DNA from: the human T2T-CHM13v2.0 reference genome, Homo sapiens | Length of the DNA: 64,000 nt | NCBI RefSeq assembly: GCF_009914755.1 | Contig: NC_060926.1 | Direction: 5' to 3' (one strand) | Shown here: piece by piece, positions 42,691 through 57,705 of the stretch | Numbering within the stretch: position 1 is the first letter of the stretch | How the letters are laid out: each line of letters starts with the position of its first letter | Notes under the pieces: model-generated | The model's input: only the letters and a program-made list of their open reading frames with translations | Databases searched by the model: none | Told to the model about the DNA's origin: nothing | Program-made: the position numbers and the translations under genes

Positions 42691-44186
42691 CTCTGCCCTC
42701 TACTGCTTAGAGAGAAATGTGAGGCCTAAACATGGGTGCCAGATTTCAACCTGAAACACCTCCACCCTTGCATACACGCACACATACTGGCAACATAATC
42801 TGGCCTATTAAAAAAAAAAAAAAAAAAAGGATTACACAGTGAAAGAAACAACCAAAATGGAAGGAAATATCTTAACTAGAGGTAATCTGACATAAAACCA
42901 TTGTAGCTGACAATGGCATATTAAACCCAAAAATGTTCTAACCTACGTTGTAAAAAAATTTAAACTACATATATAAAATTATGTCTTTACTGCTGAGATT
43001 CTTTTTTAATTATTAAGCAATGCAAAACAAAACAAAATAAGAATATTCAAGTATAATGCTTATCATTCTCCTAATGGAAATACAGAGTTAAGTGCTATAT
43101 ATTAAATATGTATTATTATAATTATACATTATTTGGGTGAATTAAGTTGACATCTACCAGATAAGGAAATATATTTTGAATATCTATGTTAACAGAAGAT
43201 ACTGTCCTTTCTTTTGAACTGTTTAAAATAATTTAACATAGTTAAGTAATACTCAGTAGGCTCTGGAAAATCTGTGATCTCACATTCACTGTTAATTCAA
43301 AATACACTGAATAAAATACTATTCAGGTTCATCTGAATCTTGGACTTACGGTTTCTAATTCTGAGACCAGACAACAGACTTGTGGCACCATCTTGTTCTC
43401 TCACATAATGGGAGCATTTTGGCTGTACTGAGAAGACTAAACTTTAGTCCAGTATGTGAGTCTCATGACAAATTGTTGTTTCCGTTACCTGTCTGGTAAG
43501 AAGAGAAGACTCCTGTCCAATTCTTCAAGAATGGTATGGAGGTAGACAGCAGGAAAAAAATGTGGTTTTTTTTCCCTGTTTAAGCTGCTACATTCCAACT
43601 TGGTTATGGAGTGTAAGCATGCACATTCACACCAGAGTGAATCGTGTGGAGGCTCTTGTCCAGTAGAGCCACTATCCAACTCCAGCATCAGGCATCACTG
43701 GAAGACTCATCAAGGCATTCTTCCAAGTGGGTTTACAAGTACCAGAATAGTCTGTAAAATGAGTCCTTGGCATCCTGAAATGGCCCTGGATCCCAGGGGC
43801 TCTGAAGAGTGAGAATGAGCCAGGTTGTCTTTAGCTTAGATTAGGTCCTGTTTTACTAGGCAGCTAAAGGTAACAGGTTGAAGTGATGCAGGGAGGAAAG
43901 ATGAGAGAGCCTTTAATGGCTCAAGTCCATGAGCAGTGTGGGAGTGGAAAAAGCACAGGATGTGCACTGAGGGAGTTAGAATTCGGCTTATCCTCCTCTG
44001 TACTCTCATGGTGCCTTATGAAAAACTCATCGCAGAGCTGAGCACATTGAACTCTAAACAGTTTTATGTGCCTTTCTCCACCACTGTATCATGAGCTATT
44101 TGGAACACACACAATATTTTCTTCTCCAAACTTTTAATTTTGAATAATTTTAAAGCTACAGAACAATTGAAAGAATAGTACAATGA

Positions 44187-44702
<516 letters not shown>

Positions 44703-45498
44703 TAAAGACCCAGACATTCTCATTACTACAATACTGTTATCAGAGCCAAGAAATTTAACACTCATTCAATAATATTATCTAGTATGTAACCTGTATTCAA
44801 ATTCCTTCATTTGTCCCCAAAATGTTCTTTTTCTAATAATAATAATAATAATCCAAGAATAAGCAAGGTTACCATGTTTCTTTAGTCTCCTTTAATCTAG
44901 TAACCAGCACCTGCTTTTTTAAAATTTTGTGACGTTAATGTTTCTGGAAATACCAGGCCAGTTGTCTTGAAGACTGTCTCCCATCGTGGAAGTTCTTATT
45001 TGCTTACTGATCATTAGGTTCAGAGTATATATTTTTTGGGGAAATAACCAAATAGATGATATTGGACACTTTTTATCAATTTACTTGTAAAAGTACCTCT
45101 CTGCCTCTGTAATGAAGAAGGAATCTGTAGGGGATACTTCAAGGCCATGGGAATATCCTGTTTCCCCACATTCTTTCACCCAGCAGTTTCAGCATACATC
45201 AGTGATTCTTACCTGAGTCTGTTACTATATTGGAGGATGAAATGGTGATTTTTTGTTTTTAAAGTTTATCATTCTTTCTGCCCTTACTAACTGGCATTCT
45301 TCTCTAAAGAAGACTTTTCCCCCAACTCCTCTCCTTTTCTAAAGCTTCTCCTTCTCTCTCCCCGCCGACGCCTCCTTCCCTCCCTCCCTCTGTTAGAGTA
45401 TCTCTATAGCCTCATGGATTTTCCTTCAGTAAATGTCTTATAATCTAATACCATCATTATTATATTTGGTGCCCAAATTATTTCAAATTTGGCCATTC

Positions 45499-45863
<365 letters not shown>

Positions 45864-46627
45864 TCATCAAGTCTCATTAGTCAGTCCTTCAACACTTCTC
45901 TGCTTTCTGGTGCAACAAGATGTCCAGAGACTCTTTGTATTTTCCCTGTGCCAGTCCTGGAGTCAGCCACATTTTTTTTTCAAGGACTTCTTGTTCCTTT
46001 TAGTGGTAAATGGCATTTATAAACCAAGACTGGGGTGTCATTGCTTCTAGGACAAAATGAAGTAATTGCTTTGAGAGTACTTGGTGAAATATAAAATGCT
46101 ATATTATCATGACTATGATTAGTGCTATGAAACAAGTATTCAGCTTACTTGGAACAATGCCAAATAGGAGCACCAATATAAATCTGTGTGCAGGGAATAA
46201 GTAGGAGGTAGGATATATGTGAGGGTGAAGGAAATAAATAAGCTAGCTTGGTTAGATACAACATGAGTCCTTGTCTTCTGACTCTGAGACTAAACAGAAC
46301 AGATGAAAGGCTATGGATTGCATTCTCACCTGTTCCCTGTGCTGCTTTGTTATTTAATACTTCAGATAGGAAAGCATATTTTATTTTGTGATACATTGAA
46401 ATCTTTTCAAAAAAATGAAACATTTATGTGAAGAATGATAAAACATACATTTGTGATTTCTTGTGTTTTTACTTTTCTTACATTTATTTAGTAGGTCTGA
46501 AAGAACAGTGTAATTTAGGGAATATAAGATTTTTTAAAATTGCAAACATATAACTTCTTTTATTTTCCCAGTGGATGCAGTACCTATGTCACATTTAAGG
46601 AACTGGTGTGGTGACAACTTTGAGATT

Positions 46628-46841
46628 CTTTTTTTTTTTTTTTTGAGATAGGGTGTCATTCTGTTGCCCAGGGTGGAGTGCAGTGGTGTGCTCATGGCCC
46701 TCTGCAGGCTTGACCTCCTGAGCTCAAGCAATCCCCCACCCCTCAGGCTCTCAAAGTGCGGGGATTACAAACATGAGGCACTGCACCTTGCCAATGTTTA
46801 TATTTTTTGAAGAGACAGGGTCTTGCTGTGTTGTTCAGGCT
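46628..46841 (-). mobile_element. 5'-truncated AluJ
   Basis: Poly(T), right arm and about 40 nt of the left arm. Confidence 0.85.
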
Positions 46842-47599
46842 ATCTTTAGATTTCTTGTGGGCAAATGGATTGTTGTGGGTTTTACTTTCTATGATTCTAT
46901 TTCAAGTAAGAAGCACACCTATTTGACTATGATTTCATTTTTAATACATACTATAAATATGATATGGTTTAATTTCAAGACTTTCTTGCTTTTGCCGTAT
47001 CACTTTATACTCTCAAATTAAAACTCTTAAAAATAACTTACCCCTACATGACCACAGATTATGATAAATTGGACAGAGGACGGAGATGAGTAAATAGATG
47101 ATGCTTAGCATCTCATTAATAGCAAGGAAGGAAAGCAAAACAGCCCAGATGACCAGAAAACAATAATTCTTTTCTTTATATCTTCATCTGGACTGTTACT
47201 TCTGACTATGGTGGCAAAAGCAGGCATGAGGTTGGAGGAAGGAGAACACACACAGAGACTCAATGATTTTACACGTCCTCTTTTCATTAGAAGCTAGGCT
47301 AAAAATAGGGAAGAACAAAGACATGTATTGTATGATTTATGTCGGAATGTCTTTTATTCTTATATTTTTGGTTTTGTGTCAAATTCAGGTGAAAGAATGT
47401 CAAATGCCTGTGTGTGTGTTGGCATCTGAACTTGGCAAAGAAGGTGATTGGGTTTGGTAGGGCTTTATTCCAGCTTTTTCAAGAATTCCTCACTTTTCAA
47501 TACTGAACAGAACAGGCCATTCTGATAAAGAATCCATTACATACGTAGAAAAATTCAGGCTCATGAAGAAGCTGGGGCCAGATTTGTCTGATTCATGAA

Positions 47600-47780
47600 G
47601 GTTCTTCAGTTTCTAGCAGTTTGTCCTTGGAGAAGTTATTTAACCTCTCTGAGTCTCGACCTGCTCACCTATAAAATGGAGGTAATAAGAGGACATTCCT
47701 CATAAGGTCTGATTATTATGTGTAAAGTGCTTAATATAGTGTAGGCAAATTATAAGCACACATCAAATATTAGCTCTTAT
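47600..47780. mobile_element. MIR
   Basis: AAGTTATTTAACCTCTCTGAGTCTC...CTATAAAATGGAGGTAATAA...GTAAAGTGCTTA. Confidence 0.78.
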
Positions 47781-48561
47781 TTTTATTACTTATAGACACA
47801 TAAATGGACATGTTAAGAAAATATGATTACTTCTTATCAATGTTTGAAAATTTTAAAACAATCCAATCAACAAATGAATTACTCAGTCTTCAAACTATGT
47901 TGTCTAATTTTATTTTGTTATTGGTTTCTTTAACTTTCTTCTTTTGAGGTGCAATATTTTTAAAGCTTTTACAGCTCTCTGTATTATCCAGACCACCAAC
48001 TTAATGTAAGGCACATTGATGAAGCACTCAGCATGGCCAGGGACTCTTGTAGTTGTGAAGGATCCAAAAATATAATGATATAGTTCTCCGCAAGTAGCTA
48101 ACTCTGGTAGTACTGACCATTATATAAACAAGGAAATGTCATTTTGTTTGATAATTACTATTACAAGATATAGTGAAGTTATAAATTTGGGAAAATTAAG
48201 GAATTCCTTATACTTAAGGGTCATGAAAGATATATTGATGTTCCCCAAATTAACAGTGCTGAAACTCATTCTTCAAAATGAAAATAAATATAAAATAATT
48301 TTGCTCAGTGACTAGAATATTTTTAAGAAAGTGTGCTTTAACTCTAAAGCAAACATGAACACATATGTGATTCTGGATATTATACTTTGGGATTTATCAT
48401 AATGCCCAAGGCACTACAATATTACTAATTTATTTATTTCCTCTGGGCATCTTGTAATTTAAGAGGGTAAGATATCATTTTCCCCTTTCACTGGAGCATA
48501 TGAGTCACAAAGGTAGCTACACACTGGGGGTGTCTCCAGCTTGAAAAAAAAAGCTAATGCA

Positions 48562-48856
<295 letters not shown>

Positions 48857-49344
48857 AGCGAATGCAAACAGCATCCCAGTGAAGCACCAGAAAAACTGAA
48901 ACCAATGCCTCAAAAGCCCAGCGGTGATTGCACACCAGCTCAAATACCAAAACAGAAATTTTTCTCTTTCTTGACTCCTCAACTAGCCTTAGAATATAAA
49001 GCAGTTTTTAAAAATTGGGGGTCATGTTTCATTTTTGAAAAATTGAATCATTAATGTTAGTTATCCACACATCTCAGGATATTAAAAGACTAAGAAATAC
49101 ATTACCAGAACTGTTTTTGGATATTCCATTGCTTCCTGGGTACCTGATTATTCACATTATGCACATTACTTATGTGAATGTGCTGTTGAAATTTTCAGCT
49201 AGAGGACTGAGATGCCAGACCTTAACTCCTGCCAGGTCTTTAGCCTTGTCTCTGCTGTAGAATCAGTTTTGATTATATACAGAATATAAGAGAGTACAGA
49301 GTAGTAGAATGGAGTTTTAAAAGCATACCTGTAGTATAAAAGCA

Positions 49345-49600
49345 TATGACCTGAATTCATATCCAGTGGTTTAGTCTTCCTGTGTCCTAGTCTGATCATC
49401 TGTAACATGAGTATAATGAAAGTAACCACCTCACAGAGTTGCTATGAGGATTAAACAAGTTAATGGCTGGTGCAAAAGTGATTGTGGTTTTTGTCATTAA
49501 AAGTAACGGCAAAAAATGCAATTACTTTTGCACCAACCTATACAAATTGATGCTCAAAAAATGCCCTGTCCTTAGTAAGCACCTTATAAAAGATTTTCAT
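49345..49600. mobile_element. MIR interrupted by MADE1
   Basis: CATCTGTAACATGAG...ACCTCACAGAGTTGCTATGAGGATTAAA, resuming after MADE1 with TAGTAAGCAC. Confidence 0.6.
49462..49540. mobile_element. MADE1 (Hsmar1-derived 80-bp MITE)
   Basis: GGCTGGTGCAAAAGTGATTG...CAATTACTTTTGCACCAACCTA|TA, palindromic. Confidence 0.93.
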
Positions 49601-50546
49601 TGTTATCTATAGAGATCCACGAGAACAACCCTCCTTCAGAGGCCATATGAATCTAGTTCAAGATTAAGGACACCTGCATCGCCACCAGCTTCCCAACCCA
49701 CCCCCGTATACTTCTCTAGCTCATAGTGAAATCCCTTGGCCTCTCTCAGACTAAAGCAACAGTGTGGCTGGAATTTCCAAGCTCTGGAATCCAGTCCCAA
49801 GCTCTGAAGACCAAGATGATATTAACATAGCCCCTTGTGGGCGCTGGCTGTGCTGTTCCCAAATTCCTCATAGAGGTTTTGGTCTCAACCAAGATAGAAC
49901 ACTGTGGAAGCTGAAGTAATGTACTTTCATCTGAAACAGACAGGTGTCTTATTCACTTTATACTTTGCTTTGCGTTGAAAAAATAAGCTTTTTTTTTCTA
50001 TGGTTACCAGTTCACAAACATCAAGTGCAAAACTTGCACGTACTAGGTGATAAAAATATGGCAAGAATGCTGAAGGTAACTTTCTAACTTTAAGCAATGT
50101 TTGTAGATCTTATTTAAAGCATATGTTATAAATACCATCTTGGAATCCTCTTTGTACTTTCATTCATCTCTCAACAGTCAATGTGAAATGAAGGTCAGTT
50201 AGTCTTAAAATATCCTTGATCAGAGCATTTTTTTCTGGATTTTTACCTGTTATTACCGATCGCAGCTAATGAAAAAGGGATAATACGAAAAGGAAAATGA
50301 ATAGAAAAATGAAGGGAAATTCAGTTGCTTCAAACAATACATTTTAATTTGTAATATCTGTAAGTGTAGAAGACATTGATATAATTCAGTATGCTTTGTT
50401 CTCAGTGCAAATTCATATTCACATATAGATTGACCCCTGTACCTCATTTTTGGAACTCCCTGTTGGTTTTGTATGTACAAGAGGCAAATACCTTTACATC
50501 TGGTGAGGAAATAATTTATCTCAAGTTATTTTGAATCATTTATGCT

Positions 50547-50697
50547 AGTGTTTTTTCAAACTGGATTTAATGAACCAGTAGCGCCAGCATCACCTGGGAT
50601 GCTAATGAATGCATGTTGGACTGATGGCTTACCTCTAGACTTCTGAGTAGAATTACACAAAGGTGAGGCCCAGAATCTGTGTTTTAGCACAGCTCTG
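50547..50697. mobile_element. MER5A/B-like fragment followed by a poly(A) run
   Basis: CAGCATCACCTGGG and GAGGCCCAGAATCTGTGTTTTA motifs. Confidence 0.6.
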
Positions 50698-50700
50698 TGG

Positions 50701-50733
<33 letters not shown>

Positions 50734-51363
50734 AAAAGCCAGGGGTAGCCACAACCTTCATGTCTACTTTCATAGCCCCTTCCCCATAGATGGTGCTGGG
50801 GGGCAGTGCAGGTTCTTATTTCATAACCTGTTATGGTGGTGGTTGTTTTGAACCACAGATGCAAAGAATTAACCTTCTCATAATCCTCACTTCTTTGGCT
50901 CATTATCATCAGATCATGCAAATCTTTTTTCATGCTTTACGTTATTTTAACTTTTTTTCCTTTCATTTCTGAGCTCCACTTCCATTCTCCTGCCCCCACA
51001 TGCCCTCATTGCAATGTGTTGTAGAGATGCCCATACTGTTCTGTTTCTGCCTTTTTTCACTCAACAGTTTAGAGTTTCTAACAGCTGCACAGGACAGCAA
51101 GATTCCTTCTGCCACCTGTGATGTGTCTCCGCCCCTTGCTGTGAACACCTCAGTTGTCTTGACTCCCACCATCATAAATACCGAGCTCAAGCACTAAACT
51201 CAGATTCACCGCTTGGCTGCTTCACTTTCATTAGGCTTCAAGATTACTCATAACATTTAATTTGCTATTAAATCTAGACTTTAACAACTCTTTTTCATTG
51301 ATTGTGTTTTAAGCTGCCTGGATAACATGTATTAGGAGGAATTGCAAACTCAATGGAAAATTT

Positions 51364-51728
<365 letters not shown>

Positions 51729-52197
51729 TGATTTATAGCTTCTTTAAAATGTCAGTCATAGGTATATCCTTATCCAAAGTTTTTTTCTTTTTCTCACATT
51801 TGTCATACAATTTTGTGATCTTTCTCTCTGAGGCCGTTAGCTCTTTGTTAACTAACCTAAGTTCCTAAGAAAGTCCAACAAGAAATCACAAATTCATCCT
51901 CTCTAGTACAAAACATCTGTCCTGTGTGGGCATCATTTCCCAGTGAAATATTAACTCTTAATACAAAGGTCACAATGTAGGATTGTTTTCTCTTGTTATT
52001 TGCTCATCGGGTCTCTTAATCAAAAATGCTACCTTTGGATTTCTTGTCCGACTGCACAGATGTTTAAGAAGGAAATTTTTCTAAGCAAAGATTTTTTTAA
52101 TATAAGTAGCCAAGCATTCAATCTAGGGAAGAATGCAACCAGCCAGTCAATAATGATGAAATACTTTTTTGTCTGTTTTTCATTCTCCCTCACTCAG

Positions 52198-52339
52198 CGA
52201 CTGCTGACTATGCACCTCCAGGCCAGAGGCCTATTGAGAGTGACATTCACTCTTTCCAAGATAATCCTCATGATAGGATGCACTTAATTTATCCTGTTGA
52301 TGAGACTGAACTGCATTGATTTGCATATCATCAATACAC
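52198..52339 (+). other. Candidate 142-nt non-coding or cryptic exon
   Basis: Pyrimidine tract of about 30 nt ending CTCAG; donor AC|GTAAGT; stops in all three frames. Confidence 0.35.
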
Positions 52340-55300
52340 GTAAGTCCTGAGTGGAGGACCAACCATCCTAATTAATATATCCTCTGTCACGGACTTGCTG
52401 TATCTAGCAAATTCTGGAATAATGCTGATTGCAGGTGGCTGGTGAATATTGACGCTGTTCAGGATTTATAAGGCTGTATTGGAAGGCACGTGAAACTAAA
52501 ATCTTCCTTGGAACAATGTCCCTGTTTAAAACTACTCTCATTCAGACCCAGCTGGGCATTCAGCAATGCCAGCTATTGAGTAAGATCTTTCAAGTGCCTC
52601 AGCCTGCTTCACCTGTCAGACTGGCTCAGTGGTTTAAAAATGAAACTCTATTTGTTTCCAAAGCTCTTCATCCTCCAACTCTTCTCTATCCATGTCGCAT
52701 ATTCTTGCTTCTTCTTCTGATTTGAGTGTCTTAACTCTCCTAACACACATCATCAGTTTTCATTTAATTCTTTTTTCAAGTGATGTACAAATAGTGCTGA
52801 ATCAGTCTTGGCGTTTCTGTGCTATTTTATCATCTTCACAACCCCCGTTTGTTTCTTTGTTTTTTTGTTGTTGTTGTTGTTCTTCTTCAGCTTTTTTCTG
52901 TTGTAAGATAAGTTTCTTTTTCATCACACTTGGCTTTTAACTCATGAGTGTCAGTTTCTCAAGGTTTCCTTTTGTGCATTTCTTAACACAGGCCTCACAT
53001 CCCTTTCTCTCATCCGCCATCAATCAATCATACATTTTGTTAAACAGCTCCAAAATAAAATAAGAAATTATAAGAAAATTAGAAGCATCCCCGTGCCACT
53101 AGAAAAATCTGTTTTTGAGGCATCACCTGCTTTTTTCTAATATGTCATCTATATGCGTATAAGCATTACAGTAGAAAGTATGTATAAACTGGACATTTGA
53201 TTCACTTTTCTTTATTTTTTTTAGCTTCACTGGTTTAAAAATAAATAAATACCATGCTGCAGCACTACATACAATGATCTCAGTGACAACATATCTTCCT
53301 CCCCATCAGCGACTTCTTCCATTTTTTTAGGTCAATGTCCACAACACAAATTAACATTATTCATTGTACCCAGTGTAAAAGGAGCCTACCAGATATTAGA
53401 GAAAGTTTTGTAAAACACATCAAGTTTGCCCCTAACTAACATAAAACCAAGGACCTATATAGATGAAAGTTTATTTAAATGATTCCGTAACTATTTTCCT
53501 TGACTATGTTCCCCATTACTTTGGGGTAAAATGGAGGAGAAAGAGTTGAAAAGGGGAAGGCAAAACAAAGATAATGGAAAAGTCAAAAAAAGCAAAACAC
53601 AAGAGTGTGGTAGCTCAAGAAAAAGGTCAGTGGTCCTGGGGGTGTGGAAATTTCTCTTCCAGACAGATCTGTTGGCCCAGATTCTTACAATAGCTATTTT
53701 TGCATTCCATTTGAAATAAAAAAGTAGATAGACCATGCCTAGAAAAAAAATTGAGTTCCGTTTTACAGAATATTAAATAAAACACTGACTTCTTCAATTA
53801 TATGTTTGCTATTAGTAGCAAAAGGAAAAAAAAAGCCACAAAACTATGGAAAATGAAACGAGTATAAATATAACATAACATGAACTCTTTCTCGCCAACT
53901 TAATGATAATGTTGAGAAGGAATATACATATATAGGCATTGCTTATGTATAATATTTCCTTTTGATTTAAAAGCCAGTATATCTTTTACCTAAAATCCTT
54001 TGCAGCTGAGAAATCTGATGATAGAATGAGCCATGAAGTTTTAGTAGAAATAGAAACAGTACGCCCACTCTTCATCTAAGTTCCTGTTTCTTTTCACACT
54101 AGGGATTTGATATTCATCATCTTTATTCTTTGGTTCCAATCAATAGGAGAATTTGGAACTTTCATGCACATGTAGATGTACTTGAATACATTCTAAATAT
54201 TCAAAGTGTGTTGTAGTTCTGTTTTATTGAAATATCTATAAATAAATACCTGCATAGATAATTAATTCTCTCTTCTCATCTCTATTGTAACCTTGGTACA
54301 AGGACTAGAGGAAGAGGAGAGACTAAGAAATTACATATGTAATTCCTGGTGACCATCACCCTAGGGTACACTGTCCCCTCAACAGCCAAGAGAATAAGTC
54401 TGGATTTCATAAATTTTTGGAATATGGATTTCAGTTATTCACAAAATAAATATATGCATTTTCAGAAATCATTCCACTTATGATATTGTATTTATTAAAC
54501 CATCAAAGTAGACATATTATTTGAACTGGGAATATTAGATACTGAAAATAAAAGCTATAGGATCATGCAGAATTTAAGCTTCTTCAGAATAATCTGGTCA
54601 TGTTAAGGTTAAAGATTACTAAATTTAAATGGATTGGCACTAGCTGACCTCTTAAGTTCTGCTGGCTCTCCAATTCAGTGAAGTTGCTGAAGACTGAAGG
54701 AACAAGAGAGGTTTAAAATATTGAGATATATTAATCTTCAGTGCTTAGAAAGCAGTCAACAAAATAGCTCCTTTTAGTAGTTTTCAAAAACAAATCAGGT
54801 ATTTAGATCTACTGTCATGAAATGTAGCATTTGATTTTGTAGCATTTGATTTGATTTCAGTCTTTCATGAAATTGTAATGGCCCCACTTGTGGAGAATTT
54901 GATTAAATGAAGGTTCATTTCCTGCTTTCAAGAAGATCAGCCAAGAAATTAATGACTCTAGAAGATGGTTCTGCTTGACTGGTTGGCTGCTAAATAAAAA
55001 TTTTATTTAGTAAAAAATCTTCCGCACTAATTCTCTTAATTTTCCTTCATGGTTTGCCCATTTCTCTTGCAAATATTGTTTGCCTATAGGGTAGTTGTAC
55101 CTACAGTGAATACGGTTTGTCTTAACACTTAGGTTATATGTAAGATAAAAATAAATTTACTAGTTATAACTAAGGATTCACAAGTAGATAAGAAAAACTG
55201 CTAGAATAATTTTTGTAGAAATAAAAAAATAAGTAAATACTTTTTAAAACTTGAAGTAAAGGAAGAGGGGTTACTCAAACTCCCTATAAATGTGCCAAAG

Positions 55301-55477
55301 ATGAAAAATCTAAAATTTGTATATTCAAATAGCTAACCAAGACCCAAAATAAATGAAACACTTACACTACATGTTTTATCTCATGATTTCTGAAACTTTT
55401 AGCCCTAAGACTTTTAGGAAGGTAATTTATGCTTCTTATATGAGCTTTAATGTTTTAATTTCAGTGTTTCAGTGTTC

Positions 55478-55790
55478 ATGCATGCATGAATGAATATTTA
55501 TTGAATATTTATTGTGCACCAGTTATATACCAGACCTAGTTCTAGGTATTTGGGATACATTCATGAACAAAACAGGCAGAGTCTTGCCTTCATGAAGCTT
55601 ACAAGTGAATGGGGAAAGACAATAAAGGATAAACATAACAAGTAAATTAATTATGTGGCACATTAGAAGATGATAGCAAAATGGAGTAAGGGGGATTGGG
55701 AGTAGGAATTACAGATTGCAGTATTGAATAGGATGGTCAGGTGAAGCCTGCTTGAGAAGGCAATATCTGAGGGAAAACTTCATGGAAAGA
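55478..55790 (-). mobile_element. L2 fragment
   Basis: ATATTTATTG...CCAGACCTAGTTCTAGGTATTTGGGATACA...CCTTCATGAAGCTTACA...GGTCAGGTGAAGCCT. Confidence 0.7.
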
Positions 55791-56489
55791 ATAGAATTGT
55801 CTGAAATGAAAAAGTGTCCACACCAAAATTTAACTATTAAAAATGTGTTAACTTTTTTAATGGACATAGATTACATAACATGATATGGTGTTTTCTCATG
55901 TAACGTTTAAGATTCACCATGATGTTTGATGATTTCTAACTTGATAGAATAAAATAAGGGTAGTGATTGTGTTAAGATACGTACTTTACTATTATCATCT
56001 GTACTTCTAAGATAGGAGTTAATTTCAACAAGATGTTTCAAAACAATCATAATAAGCCCAAATTGTCAAACAGCAAAGTTCTTTAAAAACCCATGAGCCT
56101 ATATTGCACTCATATATTCTATATCCTCTGCCAAGATTAAACCAGATAGATAGTAATTAAAATTAAGATGTTTTCCTCACCTCCAGGAATGCTTGTTTAT
56201 ACATATATATTATTTAAATATGAACTGATGGAATCTGAAATAATTCTGACAGTAAAAATCTATATTTTTAATCTTATCTGTTTTATGCACAGCCTACTTA
56301 CATAACAAGTAGTCTGTCTAAACTCCCTCTCCTGGAAAAATAGAAAATTCTTAATTCTGTGTTTAATTTATCTCTTCCCTTTCTGCTATCTTGTAAGTGT
56401 AAATGGAAAATTCTTAGTTCTATGTTTATCTCTTCCTCTTCTGATACCTTCTAAGTGTTAGGCTGAATTACAAACTAATTAGCTGAGAA

Positions 56490-56660
56490 GTCCAGGGATT
56501 GAATTTCTGCTCTACCACTTACCAGCTGTGTTCCCCTGGGCACTTTACTAAACCTAATTAGGCCTATTTCCTCAACTGTAAAATGGAGGCACATGACTCT
56601 CAGAATTGTTGAATAAAATAATGTACTCAAAAAGACTGGCACTTTATAGGTTCTTAATCA
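56490..56660. mobile_element. MIR
   Basis: CTCTACCACTTACCAGCTGTG..CCCTGGGCA...TTTCCTCAACTGTAAAATGG. Confidence 0.72.
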
Positions 56661-57399
56661 TTTTATCAGAATCATGTCATATGCTTTTCAAATTCGCAAA
56701 TATTAGAATAAATAACTGAATGTAAATTACTGAAAAATGGACCAAGCCCGTATCTAATAACAGGCATTATAGTATAATGATGGTTTTTGTTTTTTGATTT
56801 ATATGTTGGCGATTCTGAGAAAGGAAAGAGCTTTATGACATTATGTGCTTGTGGGAATTTTGGAAGCCATTATGAAAAAGGCACAATTTTAAATGAACCT
56901 AAAAGGAAATGTAAGATTTGGGTTGGAAGAGAAGAAATCAGTGATTCCTGAAATAAACTTACGATTACGATAGGCCTCAATGGGTAATGGATTTTTGTGA
57001 AAAGGATGATACGGGAAGCATCTTAGCTGTCCATTCTTTTGTCATAATAGCGTAGTTCTGTAAGGGCTGCTTCACACAAATACTTTCACTTGTTGCCATA
57101 TTCCTAAAATACAAATTTTACTTCCATTTCTCATTTCATGTGCTTTTACTTTACAGTTGCCATTTATTTACTAAAAGCCAATGTAAAACATACTCTCCCT
57201 ACTAAGGAGAATGTGCCCTTACAATTTGTTTATTTAATATACACATAATCATATAGTCTTTATTTACACAGCCATGGTTACATGGTATGTGTGTAAAATA
57301 TATGCTTATACAAGAACCCTTTTGCATAATATTCACTATAGATCCTAAAACTTATGAATGAAGAACTTCTAAAACAATGGCACCATAATATTTATTACA

Positions 57400-57705
57400 A
57401 TTTTTATTATGAAGGTACATTACATTAATAGAGTGCCCTCTACCCCATGTCACTGCCACTCAGGTCAAGAAGACATTGTACATCTTCCAAGTCAATACAG
57501 TCTCTCATACTACTTTCTACAGAGGTAAACAGTATTCCGATTTCTTTCTCTGAATATTAGTTTTATCTGCTCTGGAAGTTCATATATTATTCCATATATT
57601 TAGTTTAGTATTTACTTTCACTAGATATTGCCAAACAGTTTTCCAAAGTGGTTGTATTAATTTAAGCTCTCACCAGCAATGTATGAGAGTCTTAGTTGTT
57701 CAACT
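57400..57705 (-). mobile_element. Old L1M (L1ME-like) fragment
   Basis: TTGCCAAACAGTTTTCCAAAGTGGTTGTATTAATTTA...CACCAGCAATGTATGAGAGT, antisense end of L1 ORF2. Confidence 0.65.

Noticed and set aside
49828-49848. CTCF-like CCCCTTGTGGGCGCTG
   Set aside because: Three mismatches at informative core positions.
50704-50731. Isolated long poly(A) as a solo retrotransposed tail (also near 42810)
   Set aside because: No TSD or upstream element body; simple slippage expansion is sufficient.
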